From Camelus dromedarius (Eukaryota), in assembly GCF_036321535.1 (NCBI RefSeq), contig NC_087436.1, positions 111,292,001-111,356,000 of the forward strand: a stretch of DNA of 64,000 nucleotides, written 5' to 3'. Under the pieces are notes generated by a model, which saw nothing but the letters and a program-made list of their open reading frames with translations, was not told where the DNA came from and searched no databases. Below are positions 53,957 to 64,000 of the stretch, one piece after another; position 1 is the first letter of the stretch; the number at the start of each line of letters is the position of its first letter. A program made the position numbers and the translations under genes.

Positions 53957-55949
53957 TCGCCCAGACTAGCAAGACACTGATGACCTCAACTATATCTAAG
54001 TTGTAGTTGTATGTGTACACGAGAGGGAGGAAACATTACATACTTGTATCATTACTGTTTTGGGCAATGTTCTGGATGATGCACCATTTGACTGTAACTA
54101 TTCTGACTTAAAACTTTTCATTTGCAACAGAAGTGAAAATGAGTTTTTGAGATATTTATTCAGAAATGTATAGAAAATACACAAGCTAGCCGAACAGTTG
54201 GGTGGAGAAGAAAATACTTGGTGGTCTACAAAAAGGAAATGCTTTTTAGAAGTACGCCCAGGACACAGCCTTTGCCTGGACAGTAAGGAGGCCCCAGTAC
54301 TAGTCCTCATTTCCACAAAGCAAGAGTTTGGCTTAGGGCACTTTATTTCCCTCTCTTCAGCCTCAGTTTCTCCATCCAGGAGAGAAGGAGATGGTCTCTA
54401 AGGTTCCCTCCACAATGAAAGTGCATGATCTCAACAAACTTTCCATCAAAGATCACTTCTGGAGCAACTAGAAAGCTAGTCACCACAGGGGTGGCATCCA
54501 AACAGAAATAAAAAGGGGGGAAGCAGGTTGAAAAATGAGCCACTGGAGGTTATGGAATAGAAGTCCACACAGACCATGAGGGAGGAAACAGGAAACGAAA
54601 ATGGGCTTTGAGCTGAGCCTTGAGAGAAGACCAGGTGGGGGATCCAGGGAGCACCCCTTCCACTCCCTTTCACCTGGCTAATTCCAAATGCCCGTTCGGG
54701 TTTCACCTTCTCCGGAAAGCCTTCTTTGTCAGCCACGCCCAGATGTGCTCTCAGAGCATCCCAGGTTTCCTGTGTCAGAGCACTGATCCCGCAGCATGGC
54801 AACGGTCTGCCATCTGTTTCCTCCACCGTACTGTCACGTGCTCCCTGAAGGCCAGCACTGTTTTCTCCATATTCTTAGCGCCCAGGACAGAGCCTGACAC
54901 ACAACAGGCTCCTTCACTGATTGGCAAATATTCATGAAGCACTTGCTATCTACCACCACTGGATTAGCACCACAGATACAATGAGAGGAGGCAAAACAGG
55001 TGGTCTCTGACTTCATGGAGCCTGGTATAGTGTAAGTGCTACAAAGAGAGGCAGGGCAGGGTCAATGGGGAAGTGATGGTGAGCTGAAGGAGGGACCCAG
55101 AAGCCAAAAAAGAAAACAAAGGACACGTGCAGAAAAAGTGTCCTGTGGCCAGAGTAAGAAGAAATGGGTCTGGTGCAGAGACTGGAACACGCAGAGCTAG
55201 AGACACGACAGAGCCTCTTGGTCTTACTGCAACAGCCACAGGCAGCCGCTGAAGGATTTTAAGCATTAGCGGGCCGCTGGTCAGCTCTGCCCAAGACTTC
55301 TTTCTACAGGGCCAGTCCTTCAGCAAGCGCTCCTGACGAGGGTCACCCCACCTCAAAGCTAGATGCTGCTCTAAAGGTTACCTGTCCCTTTCCTTTACAG
55401 CTTAGCACCACCCGAAAGGTGTCTCATCTTTTTCCCAGGCAGAACGTATTTCTGTATCTTTTAAATCAGTTATCTCCAAAGTTTCGACTGTAACCCCGTA
55501 TCAACAAAAGCATTTTGTCCATGCATCCCCAATACCGCGTTCACTTACAAGCTCTATTTATGTACTACTGTGCATACATACAGGCTCCCTTCTTTCCTGC
55601 ACATATACAGTATAAAAGTTCCACGACTAGGATCTGAAATGTAGAGAAGGTAACTCCAACTACAAGTTATTTTATTTCCAAACATTAATGGCTCATCTTC
55701 CACTTTAGAGATGTCTGGAAGCCACCCTATTTTGAAGCACTGATTTTTCCTCTCCTTATTCTCCATCTTTTTCGCTATAGGGTTAACTGCTTGAGCAGAA
55801 CTCTGAATATGGGTCACCTCTGCCTCACTCCCTACCCACCAGCTTTCCTCCTTCCTCAGCCCTTAGTACCGTTTTCCGCACAGTAACTTTCAAATAAGTC
55901 CATTTCAGTTCCAAAAGTCCCATTACTCTAGGACAGTTTAAGGGTGGAG

Positions 55950-56870
55950 CCCAGGGGAAATGATACGGGACGTAGCAGGGGATGGCTACGCTCGGGAAAC
56001 AATTAGCCCGTACTAAACACGCAGGGACGCGGGAAAGGGTACTCAGGGATGCGACCAAGAATGGGGTGGGGCAGGAACAACCCACTGGAACCCAGAAGGG
56101 TCCCACAGTTGGAGGACACCTGCCAATCAGTTTACGCATCTCCGCCAGCGGACTAGCAGAGAACTCCCGCCACCACGCAAAAAAGAGACTAAAGCAAGCG
56201 ACTTACGTTGTCTGAGCCTATTTCCCCATTTGTAAACCGGGTGAAGTGATTGTGGAAGGGGATACCTGCGCACGCGCAGCGTACGTTTCAGGAAAGAAGG
56301 GAGCCCGGGAACCCAGACGCCAACGTCTCATCTTACCTCGAAAGATGACTCCAACTCGTCCACCAAGGTACTGTTAGAAGTTCTCGGGACGCCTGGCGTG
56401 GCCTGAAGAAGCGAAGCCTGGCCTAGGAGTCCCGGCGGGGGTGGTGGGGGTCCGGGTGGCTGCCCGGAGAACATACCGCCCAGCGGAGCCGCCATTTCTA
56501 AAATGGCGGTGAGAGATCCACTGCGCCTGCGCGGAGCTGGCGGCGCGGGTCACGTGACATGCCCAGCCACGTGACGATGCCCCGCGACCCTAGGCGTCTG
56601 TCGCGCAGCACAGGAAGCCGCTTATTCGGTGATCTCGTCCCCTCTTCTTTCCTGACACGCAGGTCTCCTGGCTTTTATTATTATTTTTTTCTTAATTTGA
56701 CAATTGAAGGCTTTAATAGCGTTTGACACAGCAGTGTGGAGAGGAGACTCAACGACTACCGTGGAGCGAGCCCTCGCGCGGGAGTCAGGATATTCCCAGC
56801 CCCGCCTTTGCCCTTAACTGTTGAAATGACGGGCCCTGGCGCTTTCCCTGGGCTCGGTTTTCCCGTTGAT
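55950..56870. promoter_or_regulatory. MED28 CpG-island promoter
   Basis: High CpG density around exon 1; GTCACGTGAC (56549-56558), CACGTGAC (56568-56575), NRF1-like TGCGCCTGCGC (56522-56532) and TGCGCACGCGCA (56267-56278), two YY1-like CCGCCAT motifs in opposite orientation. Confidence 0.88.
56337..56495 (-). CDS. MED28: MED28 (Mediator subunit 28) exon 1
   Basis: ATG at 56495; [56 protein letters not shown]|gtaaga donor. Confidence 0.97.
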
Positions 56871-57922
56871 AGAAGAAGGGAGGTACTCATCCATCCACAA
56901 ACATTTACTGAGAGTTTACTGTGTACCTGTCACTAATCCGGTCCCCGTGGGTGTAGCGGGAATAAACAGGAAATATTTGCCTTAAATTCTCTCTGGGGAG
57001 AGACAGGTAATGAAAAAGATTAACATTGTTGAGGCTCCCTCTCTCTCTGTGCCGGGCACTATTCGCTTTAGATATTTATGGTTACATCACAGGGAAAGTC
57101 ACTATGCTAGTCTTTTTTTTTTTTTTTTAACTCTTGCTTATTCATCTTTTCAGAGCTAAACATTTTTTTCACTGTATTTAATTTTACAGTTATCATCCAC
57201 CACATTTGTTGAGCCTTCCCTGTCCCAGGCTCTGTTTAATGATCTGAGGGTTACAGCGATCACTTCTAAGTCTCTGCCCTTGGGGATTTTACTGTTGTTT
57301 TGTGAGAGCTGGATAAACACATACATATGCTGAGCAATGTCATGTAGAGAGAAGTGCCAAGAATAATGAAGTCCAGTAAGGGAATGGCTAGTGACGGATT
57401 TGAGATGGGTGATGGAGGCCTCTCTGAGGAGATCTGCATTGGAGTGACTGGAGTAAAATTCATTTAGGAAAGTTCTCTAGACCGGGTTTGGGGGGTGGGT
57501 GCTGAAGAAGGCACCTGCCTGGCATATGTAAGGAGCTACAGAAAAGCCAGCAGGGCAGGGCAGAAGCAGAGAAAAATCAGAGTCTTCCCCTTGCCAATCA
57601 GATCTCAAATCAGAAGTCACCTGCACAGCATCAATTTCATTAGACCCACACTCACAGCCACTTCAACCTGTTTGTTTGATTTTCTTTACAATACTTAGTT
57701 ACCTGAAATTATCTTGTTTACTTTTCTTCTTCATTGACTTAAGTTGCCTTGCACACACACACACAACACATCAACTGGAAAACAAGCTTTGTGTAATCAG
57801 TGCTTGCCTGTTTTGTTTCACCTGTATTCCCAACACCCAGAACTGTGCCTGGCATAAAGTAGACATAATAAATATTTGTTAATTGAACAAAAATGGAATG
57901 CCAAGAAGGAAGTAGTTACTGC

Positions 57923-58170
57923 AGCAGGTCTCAAACTTTTTTGGACCCCTTCACACTCCTAAAAAATTGTTGGACTCCAAATATTTTTGTTTTTGTGGGG
58001 TATGTCGGGCAATATTTACCTATCAAATTAAAAAAATAGGTAAAATATTTGCCTATTAAAACCGAGTATTTTAAAAATATATTACTTTAAAAATAGGCCC
58101 ATTATATGTTAACATAAATAATATTTTAATTAAAAATGTAACTTTTATGAACCCAAAAATAGTGGAGTGG
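57923..58170. mobile_element. hAT Charlie1-like DNA transposon fragment
   Basis: cagcaggtctcaaactttttt ggaccccttcacactcctaaaaaatt resembles a Charlie1 end. Confidence 0.6.
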
Positions 58171-59429
58171 AACCGTGAGGCTGCTTGAATTTTGAATTTC
58201 CTATTTCAGGTATAGTGTTCTAATCCACCACTGTTTTGGATTTGGTGCTCTTCGAAAGCCATGCCTCTCCAAGCCATGCTTTGTCTTCACTGATGACAGA
58301 TGCAGATGGTACCACCTGCCTCTGGAGCATGGTTCTAAGGATCTGCCAAGCGTTTGTGGAATACTTGGTAGCCAGACACTTGCAATGGCAACTAAATTTC
58401 ATCTCAGCCAGATTAGATAGGCCCAAGAATCCAGGGCTAACCCATACCTTTTGTTTCCCACACTCTAGTAAATACAAGAGTTCTACTGTTGTTTTATTTA
58501 TAAAAAGTCTTTGATAGAATGCCTTCTGTCAAATCCCTAGTCTTCTGACTCACACAGAAGAAATCTAAAATTTTTTAGTTTCCCTTCACAAGCCGGTAGT
58601 TCCACCTCTCCATTTCCATCTTTCCTGCCGAAGTAGCTTCAGGATACGCTTACCCAGAGGAACCTGCGTTTACACACTCTTCCTGCCTGATTTTAATGCT
58701 AATAAATAACATGGATATGCATATCCATTGCCATTCCTTCTGTATAAGCCAGTTTAGGCACATAATGTCCTCTTATATGTCAAGTTTTTAAAATATTAAA
58801 TATTAAAAATATCTCCAATAAAGAGCTTTCCCTGTCAAACGTTTTCAAAGTCTTAAAAGAAAAAAGACATAGATCCTATTTGTGGGTAATTTGATTTACA
58901 CAATACAAATGTGGAAAGGGAAAAGCTTTCTTCTTAATCTGAACAAATGGAATTTTTACTGGTTGTAGTTTCAGGTGGTAAGCAAATAGTTTACCCATTG
59001 ACAGTCCCTTTTGTGGTCTTATTTCAGTATTTCAAATAAATTCCACATCCATTCAAGTCACTGAACTGAAAGAAAGCATTACAACAATTAAGAATGCCAG
59101 CTCTGGAGGCAGACTGCCTGGGCCTAAATTTCTGCTCTCCCACTTACTCGCTTGGTGACATCATTGGCATGTTGCTAACCCTCTCTTGTGCTTCATTTTT
59201 TCATCTGTAATATGAGGATAATAGTACCTGCCTCACAAAATCAAAAGCTCATCACTGAGTGCCCCAAAATTATTAACATTGAGAAAATACCTGTATCACT
59301 GTGCCCCAACTTAATGACTTCGTTCATATAAAATAGCCAAAAGAGACAAGTTACATTATAGCATCACTGGGTTTATGGTAATATGTAAGTAAATACCAGA
59401 GCCACAGCAGAGAGCGCAGAAAAGTTGGA

Positions 59430-59435
59430 TTTATT
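59430..59435 (-). terminator. Likely LAP3 polyadenylation signal
   Basis: AATAAA on - strand ~355 nt after the stop, followed by U/GU-rich sequence. Confidence 0.65.
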
Positions 59436-59790
59436 GTTTCTGACAATTGCACAGCAACTTTTAGTTTGTTCATATTCCCAGCATCACAAATCTGAAATAC
59501 AGTTTTGCTCCTCAGTTACAAACATATACTCTGAAAAGTGATTAGGTAGCTTTTAAAAAGTCATCATTTCATAGAGGATCTTAAAAATCTTTGTCAAGCA
59601 AGATATTAACTTTACCTTTCTAAATCTCTGCATAAAATGAAAAAAAAAAGGCATACAAATTTCATTTTGCTCTATGTTTTTAAATACCATCCTTTGTTTC
59701 CCTTAAAAGATTTTTATCTATTCCTTCAAAAGTGTTCAGAAGCTCTCTTGCCCATTTAAGACAGAATGAAGGACTTTCAGAGCACCTGAA

Positions 59791-59980
59791 CTAAGCACTG
59801 TCTTGACTGAACCGAAGCAGAAACTCGATCAGGGTCCTCGTGGGCCTCCCAGCCATGCCTTTGCGCAGGTATGGAACCTCATCTTTGTTGGTCATCACAC
59901 CTGCTATGTCTAAATGCGCCCACTTAGGATGAGTCACAAATTCTTTCAGGAAGGCTGCAGCTGTACACGCTCCTGCAGAT
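59791..59980 (-). CDS. LAP3: LAP3 last coding exon
   Basis: tctttag|; SAGACTAAAFLKEFVTHPKWAHLDIAGVMTNKDEVPYLRKGMAGRPTRTLIEFLLRFSQDSA-TAG; M17 WAHLDIAG motif. Confidence 0.98.
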
Positions 59981-60444
59981 CTAAAGACAGAGACAAAAAT
60001 CACTATTTAACCCCAGGTAAATGTGCACTAAACATTTTATTAAGATCCTCCATCCTTGCCAGGTGGCTTCTATGACCAGAGAGCAAAGTCAAAGTTAATG
60101 AGACCTATTAAGAAAACCCAGAAATCACTTTCAGGATATTTATCTTTAGACATAGCTTTAAGCAGTAAAGGATAAATGCTGTTTCCTCTGGTAATGACCA
60201 TTTTGTCCATCTCCTTCCCTTACATTTTGCTTAAAATGACCTTTAGATTTGAAAACATGCCAAATTTTGTGAACCAGTTGGGAAATACCTTGAAAATAAA
60301 AGAGAAATGAATGCTTACGAGCACTTCGGCATAAGGAAATCTGGATAGCTGAACATTTTGTGAAAAGGGTTTAAAATTGAAAACAGTCATTTTGGCAACC
60401 AATGATGACTGTAAAAATGTCCTTTTATAGCCCACTCCACATAC

Positions 60445-60554
60445 CTGTATTTCCCAATGTTATTAACATCAGCAAGCTGGCATTCTACGACCTGTTTTGT
60501 GTAATGTTCAAAGAGAGGCATCCTCCAGACACGGTCTCCCGTCTCAATGCTGGC
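60445..60554 (-). CDS. LAP3: LAP3 penultimate exon
   Basis: ctccag|, CAG|gtatgt; ASIETGDRVWRMPLFEHYTKQVVECQLADVNNIGKY(R), 110 nt. Confidence 0.97.
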
Positions 60555-61341
60555 CTGGAGAACAAACAGTGAAGCTACACAACAGATTCCAGAGTCATTC
60601 CAGTTAATCAAAAGATTTTCTTGTGAATTATAAACGAAACCAAGGATGTTGTAAAAACAGTCCCACTAATTTGTAGAGCATTTGCTAAAATCATCAAGCT
60701 AATATTATTGGTCTCAGTCAAATTAATAAGCTGGTATCCTATAGTGCAGACAAGCTTTGCTGGTTTGATTAGGGTGAAACAGTCTTTGTGACGTTTGTGG
60801 CCTCAGTGTGCAGGGGAAACACATGCCTGGAACTGCACCACAGAAAGCCAGATCCTAAGACAAAATGACCTCGTTACTTTGTGTAATGACAGATGTGGGA
60901 GACTGCTGTTTGGAAGAGGCTGGCTGGGAACAGGCTCCAAGGAGGCACAGAGAACCACAAAGGTGTCCTTCTTACTGCCTGCTGAGGATCCCGGGCTTCC
61001 CTACTTGACTCATGACACGTATACATTTAAAGGCCATTCCTTCCTTTAAAAAGCTGTCCTCTTAACCTTTTCTACATCAGGGACTCGACAGTATGGCCAC
61101 AGTATTTGTAAGTCATTTCCCCGTAATTCTGAGGCTCCTGGAGGAGGGGGCATGTGGCATCACACCCGTAATTTTGGAACATTTATAGAAAACCACACTG
61201 AACCAAGTTTACTGCATTTTCATTTCAAAGGCAAATCTACAACATAAAAATCACAAACACAGGGTTGAAAAAAATGAAGCCTTCCAAGGCTAGAAGAATT
61301 AAATCATCTCCTTCATTTAGGTCTCTATGCATTATTCCTAC

Positions 61342-61421
61342 CTCAAATAGTTTGTTCCACAGCCAGGAAGAATTGGTGAAGACCCCAGTGGCACCAGACC
61401 CCAAAGCTATGTCCATGGCAC
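61342..61421 (-). CDS. LAP3: LAP3 (cytosol leucine aminopeptidase, peptidase M17) third-last exon; gene begins beyond window end
   Basis: ttgcag|, GAG|gtagga; (G)AMDIALGSGATGVFTNSSWLWNKLFE, 80 nt. Confidence 0.96.
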
Positions 61422-64000
61422 CTGCAAGACACAGCCCTCTGGTCAGCGTTCAGTCTCTCCATTTACGTGACTCACTTTATCGTGATATTCACTCTCGTGC
61501 AGTGGTCTGGAATCAAATCTGCAATGTCTCTGAGTGTGAACATGTCATAATTTACTTACTAATCCATATTTAGGCATCTCTAATTTTTTTAATATTTTTA
61601 ATCACATCTCAGTAATTATCTCCTACAAGACTTTCATCATGTTTTTCTGTTTCATCTTTGTTTCCTTCCCCAAGTGTGTCCCACTGGCTGATTTCTCATT
61701 TAAAATGAACACGTTAAAAGAAAAAAATCAAGTTATAAAATTCAGATTTTTCAGGTTCTCCCGAGCACACTCTTGAATGCCAGCAGCCAGGCGCAGCAGC
61801 CCAGCACCATCTCCAGTGGTTTCGGTATCATTTTCGGGCAGTTTCATTTGTGATCTGCTGGGCCCAGTGGTAAGCTCTGGGGCAGGGATCACAGCTGACT
61901 CTAAGCATATACACTGCCTGGCGCTTATGAGTTCTGTATTTATTGGAAGGAAAAAGCAGAACCCACCATCCTTAACTACCAGGACACTCATGGAACATCA
62001 GAGGAGATGCCACTTTTAAGATGCGATAAATCCTACAGTTTTCACAGGTGGCACTTGCTGCCTATAATGCAAGGCATGTCCAGGTGGCACCTTAATCCTT
62101 ACCCATGATTTTGCATGAACGACTGGTTAGCATCTCCCCCAAGGAAAACTGAAACTCAGATAGTATATATACTCTGTTGTGTAAACTTCACTTTTTTTTA
62201 ACAACATACAATACTTTCCACATCCTTAAATTTCTTTGCAGTTAGGATTAGTGGCTGTCTGACACCACTGAATAATCCCCTCTGCTTGCATGTCTGTGGA
62301 TAAGTGTTTGCGCACGTCTCTGATTTAAGACATAAAGCTTAGAGCCCTTGTTTCATTTTGTTAATTTTGGTTAATCTCTGTGGCCACATACAGGACCACA
62401 GTGATGTAAACGGACCCCAGCCCCGGGGAGGGAGCAGCACTTCTTCAGGACCAGATGGCTCTGTGCCACTAGGATGCTGGACTGCATATTTTTCCCAAGA
62501 AATCACAAGTAAATTACATTAAAATTACATAATAGTAAGAAATTGCAAACAGTTGACAATTTAAAGCAAATCAGTTTTGAGGTAGTGACTTGTATGTAAA
62601 AACCTGTGATTCCACATGACACCTGAGCAACTTGGATCTGTTTGGGTCATTAGTTCCTTCGGGTTTTGTGACTCTACCTCCCAATTATCTCTCAAACCAA
62701 ACCTCTTCCCTGCACCATGACTGCTACCACCATCATCTACCACTGGACTATTGTAATAGTTTAAAAAAAAAAAAACTTACTGTGAAAAACTTCAAATATA
62801 CACAAAGCAAAGGGAATAATTTAATGGACATGCAAGTCCTCATTAGCCAGCACCAGCAATTATTGAGTCACAGGTAAACTTGTTTCACCTAAACCCCCCA
62901 GATCCGATAGATTATTTTGAGGCCAAATGCAGACACGCATCCCTAACAGGCACACTTACACATCTGTGAGAGTCTGCCACCCCGCACTGCCCACCAGCCT
63001 CCCTGACTGCCACCGTCTCCTCTGGCCTTTCCCCCACACATTTGGCCCACGGCAGCCAGGGACCCTTTCACAGTGCAAACGTGACCTTATCATCCCCACT
63101 CAACACTGCTCAGTAGCTTCCCGCTGCACTTGGCTCCAGACTAAATCCCGTAATACGCCAAGGCCAGCAAACTGGCCTGGAGCATCCCCGCCCCAGGCAC
63201 ACTCTGCTCTTCTCCATCCTGTTCCCATTGCCCCCTCCTATGGTGCCCTCTGGGGGTGGGGGGACTCTCTTCCCTTCCTTCTCCCCCTGGTGATGACTCC
63301 TTCTGATCCTGGCTAGAGTAGCACTTCTCAAGACGAGATGCCTGCCCTCCCAGACCTGTCAAATCCTCAACTGCACAGGCTCTCACGGATTCCTTTTAAC
63401 TCAGCTTCTCTGTGCTTGTTGTCAGTGTGAGGATCTGCTGACCACCCCTCCCCACGAGATGCAGGCCTCGCCTCTGTTCTGAAGCAGCCATCTGCAGGAA
63501 TTAAATACTGTGTCGACTACCATTCAAGGCACCCACTACATTCCAGGTACTGCAGTGGGTGCTGGTTATTCTCTGCCTGTGGTCTGTCTAGATGACTGGG
63601 GGCTACATCTCGAGTGACACGTACATGCTCATTACTGCTTGGCTTCAAGTCAGTGGCTTTTCCCACCCATATTCACTTGTCCTCAAGACAGGATTCCTCT
63701 CCAGCCCATAAGAGCCTTGCGTCCGTGTTTAACTTTCGCATGGAGAAGATGAGCACTGACCGCAAGCCAGATTTGCTGAACTGAACAGGGAGACAAAAGA
63801 CCATAAAAATACTATGTCGCCAGCCTGAAAAAGGGACTCTTAGCGAATAAAACCGTGGACTACTGTTAGAACCACATAAAAGGAAAACATGAACCTATTT
63901 CTGTTAAAGGCTCACATGATCAGAGGAAGAATTAAAACCAAAGGATAAAAAATGACCTGAATTTTAATCTTAAAAGAGGCAGAGACAGAGTGAATTCCTA

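Noticed and set aside
61422..64000. Further LAP3 exon (NTDAEGRL catalytic-motif exon)
   Set aside because: Not found on the - strand by eye; presumably beyond the window end

Overview
Mammalian (eukaryotic) genomic DNA, probably camelid: it carries a tRNA-derived SINE resembling the camelid Vic-1 type. The window covers the LAP3-MED28-FAM184B locus. + strand: the last 15 coding exons of FAM184B (335-43921; all GT-AG, phases chain into one open frame of 2168 nt ending ...[10 protein letters not shown]). - strand: the complete 4-exon MED28 gene (178 aa, CDS 56495->49820) with a CpG-island promoter, and the last 3 exons of LAP3 (61421->59791). Introns and intergenic DNA are filled with old L1, L2, MIR, MaLR/ERV LTR and DNA-transposon relics. 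Most listed ORFs are spurious. I found no new multi-gene system. The most notable unexplained signals are a complete set of motifs for an alternative terminal exon that would truncate FAM184B (10289-10570), and a perfect inverted repeat over the MED28 start codon with a possible spliced antisense transcript. Gene identities and exon numbers come from recalled human protein sequences, and repeat family names from recalled consensus sequences; no database search was run. Repeat boundaries are approximate unless a TSD is quoted.
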